A stretch of 63,856 nucleotides of DNA, filler included, from Reclinomonas americana ATCC 50394 (Eukaryota): NCBI GenBank assembly GCA_048213135.1. It is 15 parts of 15 records of this genome, joined end to end, with 100 filler letters (N's around TTAATTAATTAA, not from the genome) between each part and the next. Parts side by side here need not be neighbours in the genome. Positions count along the whole stretch, not along the records: positions 26,926 to 32,473 come from AFZH01023116.1; positions 32,574 to 34,224 come from AFZH01023117.1; positions 34,325 to 44,432 come from AFZH01023118.1; 12 more parts are not named here. The stretch is one strand, 5' to 3'. Below the pieces are notes generated by a model that made no database searches, was not told the origin of the DNA, and was given only the letters and a program-made list of their open reading frames with translations. Shown here piece by piece: positions 27,476 to 38,335 of the stretch (positions are counted from its first letter, which is position 1; each line of letters begins with the position of its first letter). The translations under genes were made by a program, and so were the position numbers.

Positions 27476-30400
27476 ACATGTCCTCGTCTTCCTCCTCTTC
27501 ATCCTCCTCGTCCTCTTCATCCTCCTCATCCTCTTCATCCTCCTCCTCCTCTTTCATCACCACCTCCATCTTCATCGGCTTCTCCTTCACCCTCCCGTCA
27601 CCCAACCCTGCATGATCCGCATGAGTCACGCAGAGGGTGTCAACAGCAAGTTACTCCTGTGTTCATCACTCACCGGCACGTACAATCTCCGCCTGCGAAA
27701 GACGACCGTCTCGAAGCAGGGCGGCCAGCAGGCCTGGATAGTCGCGAAAAGCCTGCATTGCCTGCGTGACAAACGGCAGAAGAATGTTTGGCTTCCCATT
27801 CTTCCGCAACCTTGCAGACTCCTGTCACTCGAGACACGAGAGAAAGTGAGTCAAGCATCGTAGATGCAGAGCACAACCACAGTCCACGTGCCTCAGAGTA
27901 TCCACTTTCATGCACCACAACCAGTGGTCTTCAGATTGCATCCACCAGCGCAGCTCCTCGAAGACCGCTCGTCTATTTATCGCACGTATGCGGCCGCGGC
28001 AAGTAAGTAACAATAATCTCGTCGTGTGAAACAGCAGAGCAAACAATGAGAACTCACATCAATGTAATTACTGATGCTCTCAAGCACGCTTTTCGTTGAC
28101 CTGGGCATTTTGCTGCGAGTATGACTGGCAGTCCATCCAACGCACTCAGCGAATGCAGCCATAACTGCGGATGATGGGCGGCCCGGTCCCTTTGACGGCA
28201 TGTCGCATTCGTCGCAGGCAAGTTGGAAGAGAATATACTGATGATGGCGCACTGTGGATGCCACCACCACCGATGCCATCAGACCAAATGCCTTCACCAG
28301 TAATCTCTTCTTGTTGCAACCCTGCTCTGGCAAGAGATGGGTTGGCAAGGGTGAAGCGTTGATGGCAGCATTTTCGACGACAGTGTCGACGACAGGGACA
28401 GCAGCGCGCAACGAGCAGTCTTGCCAGGATCAGTTGGTCGTTGCTGCTCAGTCTGGCAGAGCCCTTGCTGTCCTGTGGATGCGAACCATAATCGTAAGGA
28501 GAAACACCGCGCGCGGTCTCGATCAGCACACAAAACTTGCGTCGAGCACACCTTGGCTTCTGCAGCGTCGCGACACACACTGTCACTGATGCTGCTGGTG
28601 CCCTTCTTCTCGTCTTTGCTCACCATTTTCGCGCCGGTCAGAGCTATTACTTACTTGTGAATGCCAGCAGACTGTGCCGTTCGGGAACACAGACTGCCAA
28701 ACCTCGTACACTGCACCACTCGACTGCGCGTGCGATCTCGCGCTCGGACAAACAACCGTCTCGAAGCAGAGTGGCCAGCAGGCCAGGGCAGTTGTGGAAA
28801 GCATGCGTGGCCTGAGCAACGAACGACATACGGGAATTCTGCTTGTACTGCTTAATACTGGGCAGCAGTGATGATTCCTGACACGCAGAGAGTATGAGTA
28901 CACAAACCCAACCACCACGATGACAAGACAACTTAGCTACCTCAGAATGGCCACGACTGTTGACAACAATCGGTGGTCTCTCAACAGCATCGGCCAGAGC
29001 GGCGCCGCGCAATTCACTCGCCTGCAACATTTCACAGGCATTGATGTTGGCTCTATTTGCAGTCGCAAGTGATCGGCACGACACGTGCTCACCTCGATAA
29101 AGTTGCTCATGCTTTGGAGCACCCCTTCAACCGACTTCGGAGTCTCACTGCGCGCCTTCTTGGCAACCTGGCTAAGACTTGAGCCGAATGCATCCATGAC
29201 TGCAAACGACGGACAGCGGGAACCCGATAAAGGAATGCCACACTCTTTGCATGCGAGTTCAAAGAGAAATCGCTGATGATGCAAGACTGTGGATCCCATC
29301 ACAATAGGCGTCATGATTCCAAATGCCTTCGCCAATACTTTTTTGTTGCAGCACTGCACGTGTATGAGTTGTGAGCACACGACTAGCCAGCAGACCTCAA
29401 CGGAAAACGAAAGAGTCAACCCACGAAACAAGCAGTCTTGCCAACACTTGCCGCTCACCCGCGCTCAGCGTCGCATGCGCACTCTCGCCCCGCTGTGATC
29501 GACCTCCATGAGATGCAGGCACAGCACGCAAAAACCCACTAGCGACGGGAATACCTTGTTCCTTCTGCACGCGGTGCTCACGTCGTCATACGCAGTCTTC
29601 GCCACTCCTCTGCCAACCTTCTTTGCCGCCGTCAGAGCTACGGATACATCTCACTTGTGAGCCCACATGCAGAGCGCACGAAATGCAAACTACGACGTCA
29701 AACCTCGTTCTGAGCACCACTTGACAGCGCGCGCGATCTCCGTCTCAGAGAAAACCCCCTCACGAATCAGCGTTGCCTGCAATCCAGGACATTCTCGCAT
29801 TGCCCGCGAGGCTTGCGCGACAAACAAAGCCAGTGAATTTCTGCACCTATTCGCATCCGGCACCACTGACCATGACGCCTGTTACGCACGCCGTGGAAGA
29901 AACATGTGACTCGTCCACAGCAGCATGCAAACGTGTGTGGCTGCAACATACCTCCGAGTGACCACGTTCGTCCACCACAATCAGCGGCCTCTCAATGGCA
30001 TCCACCAGATCATCACCGCGCAGTTCACTCCTCTGCAATGTTGCACATGCGAGTAGTGTTAGCTCACGTCCCAGACGCGTGTGCGACGGCAGCACACATG
30101 GATGCTCACCTCGATATACTTGCTCATGCTCTTGAGCACGCCTTCCACCGACTTGGGTGTGTCGCTGCGTGCACTACTGGCAATATTGCCAAGACTTCGT
30201 CCAAATGAGTTCACAACTGCGGTAGACGGGCTGCCTGTTCCCGAGGAAGGGATGCCACACTCCTTGCATGCGAGTTCACAAAGAGTGCGCTGATGGTAAA
30301 CAACTGTGGTCCCTATGACAGTCGGCGCCATGGAGTATCTTCGTCTTGTTGCACCGCTGTTCGCACACACACACGCACGCATCAGCATATGCGACTGGCA

Positions 30401-32060
30401 AGCAAACGGCATGAATCAGCTCTGAGGAGATGCACTGCACATGCCCACGCAACATGCATTTTGTCAAGCAATAAACGCTCGACATTGCTCAAGACGGTAC
30501 TCGACACCAGCTGAAAATACTGACCATGTGTCACCGTCAACACATTCGCCACATCCAACACATACAATCATGGACACCACGCACAGTTCTCGGCGTTGAT
30601 TTCTCGACATCCACACAAACTGCCGAAAACTGTAAACGCACTTGTCAGTGCCTGACTGAGCGCAGTCACTCCCTTCAACTATGTCTCCTCCGTACCTTGC
30701 CATCATTTCCTTCGCGAGAATCCTCTTGGTCTTCATCCCCATCCGCTTCCGTCTTCGCGTCTGTCTTCGCACTGATAGTCACGTCTACGACACAGGTCAA
30801 CAGGAATGCAAGCACACACAGCAGCTGTCGGAGACTGCAGACCTTTCGACTGGCACCATGTGACGGCGCGCGATATCTCGGCCTCAGAGAGGTGGTTGTC
30901 TCGAAGCAGAGCAGCCATGAGACCATCGCATTCGCGTATCGCATCCACGGCCTGCCTGACAAACGGCAGAAGGTGGTCTACCTGGTTCTTCAGTTGCGGT
31001 GGCAATTTTCTCCACGATTCCTGTCACAAGCAAATCCGGGTGAGCGAACAAAGATCAGTCGTCGCAGAAGATCATACAGAAAAACTCACCTGCGAATATC
31101 CGCGCTCATCCACCACAATCAGTGGTCTCTGAACAGCATCAACCAGAGCCGCGCCACTGAGTTGACTCATCTGCAGATTGCAATCATCTGCTCGTTGCTT
31201 CAAATGTCATGGTCGCTCACAGCCATACGCTTCCTTACCTCGATGAAGTTGCCCAGTCTCCGCAGTACACCCTCGACTGACTTGGGCGTTCTTTTGCGCG
31301 AATGACCAACAGTCCACCGAAGCTTATTGTCAAACGCACACATGACTGCAGATGAATTGCGACCCGGCTCCGACAACGGAATTCCGCAGTCGTCACAGGC
31401 CACCTCGAAGAGAACACTCAAATGGTGGAAGACAGAAGATTGCTGCACAACGGGTGCCATCAGGCCGAATGTCTTCACCAGGACCCTCGTCCAGTTGCAT
31501 CGCTGTGAGTGACAAATGAAAGATGATGAGCGAAATGAGGAGAAGGAGGAGTGAGAAGGATGACAGCGAGCATGCACACGCAACAAGCAGCTTGTTCAGC
31601 AACAGGTTCTCGTCTGTGCTCAACTCTTCTGGCTCTTTACCAGCTCGAGCATTGCGACTCTGTGAACCCATAACATGCATCATTGACACAAAGAACCCCA
31701 ACAATGACAATGACAGAATCCACACGTTCTTCTTTGGCGGTGCAAGCTCGTCGTCGCTGGATGCATGCACCTGCTGAGAATAAAGAATAATATGAGGTGT
31801 TACTGTGATGCACGAGCATGCCACATCGGAGCTCACCTCCAGAGAGCGCTTGCGGATCGATGTCTCAACTGAGTCATGTGCAGGCAAGTCGCCACTGTGA
31901 TCCACCACAAGCGAGTACACTCACTGTTTCCTCGCAAGTTGTTGTGCAATCATGTCAAGGGCCAGTGAGAGACATGCTCTGGGATGACACACAATCAGTG
32001 TACCTCGACAATGCCTTCCATCCCCGTGTGTTCCATGTGCTCCTGGTGAGCAGCTGAGTG
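27476..32060 (-). pseudogene. Multi-exon gene with four ~1 kb tandem copies of an unrecognised ~200-aa domain and an acidic tail; carries an in-frame stop and a frameshift
   Basis: Four homologous exon sets, e.g. (K/T)(A/T)FG.M.P.V..S.V.HH...LFE.AC..CGIP.S..G..S.AV..AF......R...PKSVEGVL..(M/L)S.(F/Y)IE at ~28060-28320, 29095-29355, 30110-30355, 31240-31500, with conserved intron positions. TGA at 27931-27933; frameshift near 30333. Confidence 0.75.
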
Positions 32061-32384
32061 GATACACCGCTCAGGTGAGACAGCGCGCGACGTGAGGACA
32101 CCGAGGACTGCAACAGCAAGAAGAAGAAGAAGAAGAAGAAGAAGAAGAAGAAGAAGAAGAAGGGGGATGAGGAGGAGAGGAGGAGGAGGAGGGAGAAACT
32201 ATGCACTCTCCATCACCATCATTCATCATCGCATGGAGAGGAAGCGGATATCGAGCTCAAAACAGCCACGCAAACACACAGAGAGGGGGAGGGAGTACGC
32301 ACAGGGGTGGCCGCATGAAGGGCACAAAGAGAGCAACGACAACACGAGTGCAACAGGCACAAGGAGAGAGAGAGAGATGAAGAT

Positions 32385-32468
<84 letters not shown>

Positions 32469-32989
32469 CACTANNNNNNNNNNNNNNNNNNNNNNNNNNN
32501 NNNNNNNNNNNNNNNNNTTAATTAATTAANNNNNNNNNNNNNNNNNNNNNNNNNNNNNNNNNNNNNNNNNNNNTTACAGACGTGGAGGAAGAAGAAGATG
32601 AGGCCACTCGTCGCCTCGCCATCGCACGATGAGCAGACGACCCAGATGCGCTCTTCTTCCTGTTCTCGTCATCATCATCGTTGCTGTTGATAGAGAGAGA
32701 GAGGAGGAATGCATCATCATCGTCGTCGTCATCACATGCTGCTTGCTGCGATGAGCATCATCTCTGCTTCCTCATCGTTGTCGCACGGAGAGGAGGCAGA
32801 CATCGACAGCGAAGGAGTTGTTGTTGTTGTTGTTGAGTGAGGGCGTGGACGAGGAGGAGGACGTCGAGCGGCCATTTGTGTGTGTCTTGGTTGTTATTCC
32901 GCACACACGCGCACGCGGTGCGTGATGCAAGAAACGAAGAGAGATGAGATGATGAAGATTCGTTGATCCGAACAAAAAGGGAGGGGATG

Positions 32990-33863
32990 ACAACAGAGCC
33001 GCCTGGCGACCGAGGGCCACCGAGTTGAACGTTAGTGTTCCGGTGAAGTTGACAATCCCACCCGTCTCGCCGCTCAGCGCAGTGATGGTGACATTCTGCT
33101 GTGTGATGGTGGTGTCTGCGGCATAGGTGCCCGGCAGGATGACCACCACGCGCCCAGAGGAGCCCGCAAGAGTGCATCTTTGTGCAAGAGTGGCCACCGC
33201 CGACTGCTCGCATCGACCGTTGTTGGCGTCGTTGCCGGTGGCGGCGGAGACATAGACGGCATTGTTGAACACATTGTCGAGTGCGCCTATGGTGCCCACC
33301 GAGGGAATGGAGGGAAAGGTGGCGAGAGAGAGATCGCCTCGCAGGTATTGTGCCGTGGTGCCAGTGGTGATGACATTCTGCTTGCTTGTTTGCAGAGCGG
33401 TGATGGCGGACCCTTGGCTCGCCGTTGTCGATGAAGTGTGGAGATGGCGGATCCCTGGCTCGCCGTCGTGGATTGCAGCGATGGAATCGATGCTCCCTGG
33501 GTCGTCGTTGTGGATTGAAGGGCGGAGATGGCAGAGGAGTTTCCACTCACCGTCGACTGGAGAGTTGTGATGCGTCCCTCGGCTGTGGTGACTCGGCCGG
33601 CCAGCGAAGCCTGTTGCGACGCGACTGTATCGAGGTTTGCGCCATTGGAACTCATGATCGCACCGGCTGTTAATGAGCCACCCACCGTCGCATTGCCCTG
33701 CAGCAAGAGTCTGGCCTCGCCGGTAATGTCGGATGTTGCGCGAATGGTGCTGGCGAGGAGTGGTTGGCCTGGAACATACGCACCCGACTCGTTGATGAGT
33801 TCGACTACTGCATCGTACACTCCTGGTCGATTCCATGGCACGGTGTCTTCAACGATCCGTCAT
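32990..33863 (-). pseudogene. Viral fibre/spike-like protein (coiled-coil shaft + start of right-handed beta-helix), intronless, frameshifted and 3'-truncated
   Basis: Heptad repeats RITTLQSTVSGNSSAISALQSTTTTQGASIPSLQSTTASQGSAI; phage-fibre-like KQNVITTGTTAQYLRGDLSLATF; beta-helix cap YVSAATGNDANNG..VATLAQ..VVILPGTY. Frameshifts near 33857 and 33430. Confidence 0.65.
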
Positions 33864-33920
33864 GGTGAGATGATGGTAAAACCCGGAGATGTATTATTTG
33901 TGCAGTGAGTTTATCGTTGC

Positions 33921-35672
33921 ATGTCGGAATCATTGATCGCCGCTGGTGTTGTCGCGGCCGCCGCCGCCGCCGTTGTCGTCGCTCTCCCTTCTCCCCCTGC
34001 AACTCCATCTCCATCCCCTCTTCCTCTCCCTTCCCCTTCCCCATCCCCTCTCCCTCTCCCTCTTCCTCCTCCAACACCGATACCGATACCACCTCCAACG
34101 CCGATGCCGACGCCCGATCCAGAGCAAGGGCGAAACCCCTTTCCGTTGATGGCCTCCGAGTACGTCATCCATCGGGAGGAGGGGCTATCCATATTCGCGA
34201 GCCTGCCTGCAGTGATCCTCGGCCNNNNNNNNNNNNNNNNNNNNNNNNNNNNNNNNNNNNNNNNNNNNTTAATTAATTAANNNNNNNNNNNNNNNNNNNN
34301 NNNNNNNNNNNNNNNNNNNNNNNNCCCCCTCGCAACTCCACTCTCCCATCCCCTCCTTCCCTCTCCCTTCCCCTTCCCCCACTCCCCTCTCCCTCTCCCT
34401 CTTCCTCCTCCAACACCGATACCGATACCACCTCCAACGCCGATGCCGACGCCCGATCCAGAGCAAGGGCGAAACCCCTTTCCGTTGATGGCCTCCGAGT
34501 ACGTCATCCATCGGGAGGAGGGGCTATCCATATTCGCGAGCCTGCCTGCAGTGATCCTCGGCCGTCGCATGAGGAACGAGAGACAAGGTGAGGTGCCAGG
34601 CATGCATGGCGATTCGCCGTCGGCGCAGATGGTGCTGGAACTCGCCTGGCAGAATACCGTACGACTACAACACACGGCTGGCGCATCAGGCGCGGTGGGA
34701 GGACATGGCAACCGTGGCCTTTTTGAAGGTGGAGATGAACGAAGCGATGCAATGCCCCTTTGTGGGGAGACCCCGTATGCTGATGTTGGCGTTCAACTGC
34801 CCGACCTCGCACTGCCAGCAGCCGACTGGCGCCACATGTGGCTGGATAGACCAACCCTGAATCCATTGTTCCGCTTTGCCGTCAACGGAGTGCTCGCCTA
34901 CAACTTTCCCAAGCCGGATGTCGACGTGAACAGCATCTACTTTCCAGCGAACGGCTGTGTGCTGTACATTATGGACCCCGCCGACTTTTCTTGTCGTCCA
35001 CACGCATTCTACCAGCCCATTGAGCCTGTGGGCCAGTGGTCGTACAAGCACTTGGGCGGTGCCAAGTATCTTCTCGTGCCTGCTCGTGGCTCCACCGATG
35101 GCCACCAGAACGGCACCATGCATGCAGTCGATGTGCTGCAGTGGAGTTCGAAGCACTTTATCTCGCGCGAGGTGCTCAACGATCTCACCTCATGGGATCC
35201 GCAGTTTGGATTCATCAAGGCGGTCACTGGCGGCAACGGCCGCTCCCTCGTTCCGCGAGCGCCATTGATGCTGCCTCTCAAGGTGTCCGCCTCTAGATCT
35301 TCTCCACCGACTGACGACATGCTCTGGGTGTGGCAGCGCGATTCCGGCATGACGCTGACCTCGGTCTACATGGATCTCGACAACTACTACCTCATCCCGT
35401 ACAATGGACATGCGATCGCCATCCCCCACCCATCCGAAACCATGAGTAACGAAGATGAGTACTTCTATTGCTCACTGTTTATTGCAGATTGTGCATGCTG
35501 TGTCGGTGTGACGCTCTCTCGAATCCCTCGTGGATGGTACCTGGCGGGCGGCGTCCTCTGCCATCGATCATCGCTGCTCACGAGTGCACAGGCAGCAGAG
35601 TGGCAACGCAACGGAGTGCTTCTCGGACCAGGGCCTCATTGTGTGGACTCGTTTGGCATTCCTTGGAATTGA
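33921..35672 (+). CDS. Intronless orphan protein (~470 aa once the redundant contig overlap is removed): hydrophobic N-terminus, Pro-rich linker, aromatic/Cys-rich globular part; probably viral
   Basis: ORF 33921 (MSESLIAAGVV..) continues into the 409-aa ORF 34443-35672 through the duplicated contig ends. No introns; divergent from the fibre gene with a 57-bp spacer. Confidence 0.7.
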
Positions 35673-35926
35673 TCCTCCTCTCCACCCTCCTCCAGCACAT
35701 CCTCCTCCTCCCCATCCTCGTCGCTCATGGGCACAAAGGTGAGATGCTCGAGCACCTCGTTGATGAGTTCCAAGACCTCGTCGAATCGCTCATCGATGAT
35801 CGCTCGGAGCTGCTCAAAGGCGGTGGTGGAGCGCGGTCGGGATGCTGGGATGCGGCAGTTTGCATCGGCGTCGGTGGCAGAGAGGTGGTCAACGTCACGG
35901 CGGCGAGTGGAAGTGAAGCGGTGCAT
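35636..35926 (-). CDS. Small intronless protein with acidic tail, unknown function (viral segment)
   Basis: 96-aa ATG ORF with amphipathic helix FEQLRAIIDERFDEVLELINEVLEHL, preceded by an AT-rich spacer (35950-35980). Confidence 0.5.
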   Translation of the reverse strand: MHRFTSTRRRDVDHLSATDADANCRIPASRPRSTTAFEQLRAIIDERFDEVLELINEVLEHLTFVPMSDEDGEEEDVLEEGGEEDQFQGMPNESTQ

Positions 35927-35979
35927 GAGATGGATGATGGATGATGGATGGATTGATTGAATAAATATTTTACACTCCG

Positions 35980-36800
35980 TTACGTTACGTCACGCTCCAC
36001 CCATTCTTCCACACGCGGGGGTGTAGCATTGTCTGCAGAGGAGATGGTGGGCTCTTGAGGCACCGCCAAGTCATCGGACGCAGCTTGCACATCCATGAGG
36101 CGGCAGAGCGAAATCATGGCCGGCACCACATCGTGCTGATCAAACTGAATGGTCATCTGCAACCGCCGCACCGCCACATCGAGGTCGGCAAAGGCTCGTC
36201 GCACCACCTCGGCCTTTTGTTGCGGCTTGAGGGCCGATTGCAATCTGGTGAGGCAGAGAGAGGACACTCATCGTCACATTCACAGTCGGTGAGGTGACAG
36301 CCAGTGAGGAGAGCGCGGTGAGTGCAGTGGTGGTGCCGAGCAACAGAATGCGACACGTGCCATCGCATGCCTTGTAGAACAACAGTTGGCGTCGCAGTGA
36401 ACGGAGGCGACTGACGGCCTCTTGAGCAGTCTCGTGCAGCGACTCGTGATATCTTTCGTTGCATTTATTCTGCGGCTCTCTTTGTTGACCATCGTTTCAG
36501 GGCGTAGAAGCGATGTCGTAGCAAGTCGCGTTCAGGCTCGGTGAGACAGATGGCGGGGTATGTCACGGCGAACTCGGCCATTAGCTGACCGAAGCGCTCT
36601 GGCATCTTTCGGATGATAGGTTTCAACCCATGGCCAACCGGTTAACCACCTATCGTCATCCATGGCCATGCGCTGGCGAGGATCATCATGCGCGGGTCGA
36701 ACTGCGACATGCCCTTGCCCAACAGGAACTCGCGGAGCCACCGGAGCCAGGCGAATGCCACTTCGTCGGTGATCAAGCAGTTGCGTTGTCGACTTCCATC
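35980..36800 (-). pseudogene. One or two decayed intronless ORFs (viral segment)
   Basis: Protein-like text switches frame several times: LITDEVAFAWLRWLREFLLGKG / IIRKMPERFGQLMAEFAVTYPAICLTEPERDLLRHRFYALK / CLTRLQSALKPQQKAEVVRRAFADLD. Confidence 0.45.
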
Positions 36801-36855
36801 TTGTTCTCGGTTGCGTTGGTCTGGGAGGATGATGTATACAGCGCCATACATAATC

Positions 36856-37068
36856 TCAGCGCCCCTTTCTCGCCTTGATCTCGTCGGCTCTCGCCTTGAC
36901 ACGAGCGTGCTCCGCTGTGCCGCGCTTCGGGATGGGATTGATATCGATGCCACTGGAGCCCTTTTTCAAGAATTCGAAGCCCAGGTCTCGCAATGCGGCA
37001 ATCCACGGCGAGTTCTCCACGGAGTGCTTCTTTCTCGGCTGTCTCTTCTTCCTTGTCGAGTTGTCCAT
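36856..37068 (-). CDS. Small basic protein, putative viral DNA-binding/core protein
   Basis: 70-aa Lys/Arg-rich ORF with SPWIAALRD..IPKRGTAEHARVK, immediately downstream of the capsid gene. Confidence 0.6.
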   Translation of the reverse strand: MDNSTRKKRQPRKKHSVENSPWIAALRDLGFEFLKKGSSGIDINPIPKRGTAEHARVKARADEIKARKGR

Positions 37069-37276
37069 GTCGTCTGTATCGGGGGCTATATATGTCGCTG
37101 TCGGCGGAGGAGGGGAATATAATATTAATAGGCGCGGAAGAAGTTTCTTCGCTCGAGGGGTTCAATGCAGAAGTTTCTTCGCTCGAGGGTTGCGAGGGCA
37201 ACGAGGGGTGCAACACAAAGGGAATGTTCATTGTCTTGGTGGTTGGGTGATGGAAGAGAGTAGGATAGAAAAATAA

Positions 37277-38335
37277 CTTGTTCACCATCTTGTTGAATGT
37301 GACGCGACCGGGAGTGGAGGGCGTGAACACCATGGCATTCTGCGAGGTCCACTGGAGGCGAAGAACGCTCGTGGACCCGAGCGACGAGGGGAAACTGACC
37401 TGCAGCGTCGGCGAGGTGGAGCCGGCCGAGCCAAAGTTAAAGGCCGATGCATCCTCGCCCTCCTCCTCGTTCTGACTGTTGCGGCCAAACACAGCCCCAT
37501 ACACGGAAATGTCGGAGATGTTGCGGATGCCGGCGTCGGGGAACACGGTCCAGCGCACATAGTCGCCGTCAATGGGAGCATTGGAGAAGATGTTGTTGCC
37601 GTTGCTGGTGAACTGGTACTGGGTGACGGCAAGGCGAGTGGTTGGCTGCACATTGAACGGGGTGGTGATAGACGCCTGTGCCACCGTGTCAAAGAGCACG
37701 TAGGCGACCAGGCCTCGCGCAGAGTTGAGATCGACATTGTAGGAGGCCAAACCCGATTGGAGTGTCGTATCCTGCTCATAGAGATCAAGGTAGAGCTGGG
37801 CCACTTGCTGACCGCTGCCCACCCTCGCGACGAAGGCCTCATCCGCACGAGGCTCCGTGGTCGGCGAATCGTAAAAGGCGGCCTGGAGGTACGCCGACGT
37901 AACGGTGGCCGCGGCATTGGCCGGTGAGCCTTCCACACAGAGGGAGAGGGGTTGCAAGGTGACGGTGATGATAATGTCGCTGCTCGTCAACAGGTAAGGC
38001 AACGGCGATGTGTCGAGCTCGAGGAAGGTCGGCAGATGGATCACCCACTTCTTGGCGGCGGCCGCGAATCCCTGTCGGGCAGAGAGAGTGGCGTTGAGAC
38101 CTGTGGCGGCCTCCAGCGCGATGAGCTTGGAGATGGAGGCATTGCGCTCGTTCCTCAGCGAGATGGACTCGCCACCAAACAGCTGCACCTGCTGCGAGCC
38201 CACCTGGATCGACACGGACTGGATGAAGCGCGAAACATCGGGCACCCAAGCCGGGAGGTTGGAGCCGGTGTAGGTGATGGCCGAGGTGTTGATGACAAGG
38301 TCGAGGTCGGCGAGCCACTGACCAGAGCGCAACAG
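37277..38335 (-). CDS. Double-jelly-roll major capsid protein (Bamfordvirae-type: Polinton-like virus/virophage/NCLDV-related), N-terminus missing, reading frame runs on to 36773
   Basis: Motifs in the same order as DJR MCPs: LLRSGQWLADLDLVI, FIQSVSIQVGSQQV, WVIHLPTF..PLPYLLTSSDIIITVTL, SAYLQAAFYD, YNVDLNSARGLVAYVLF, QYQFTSNGNNIF, ISVYGAVFG..AFNFGS..LQVSF..LRLQWTSQNAM. Intronless and beta-rich. Confidence 0.8.

Larger units (their letters stand above)
32574..38335. mobile_element. Endogenous viral element remnant (no polymerase, integrase or packaging ATPase recognised)
   Basis: Run of closely packed intronless ORFs including MCP and fibre, with short AT-rich spacers, inside an otherwise intron-dense genome. 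Boundaries approximate. Confidence 0.7.

Noticed and set aside
27931..27933. In-frame TGA as evidence of a variant genetic code
   Set aside because: TGA, TAG and TAA all terminate conserved genes here (NXT1 TGA, OTUD6B and kinase TAG, HAD fusion TAA), and the same gene also has a frameshift.
33993..34564. Apparent ~230-bp direct repeat on both sides of a gap
   Set aside because: Redundant overlap of two contig ends with errors in a pyrimidine tract; not a terminal repeat.
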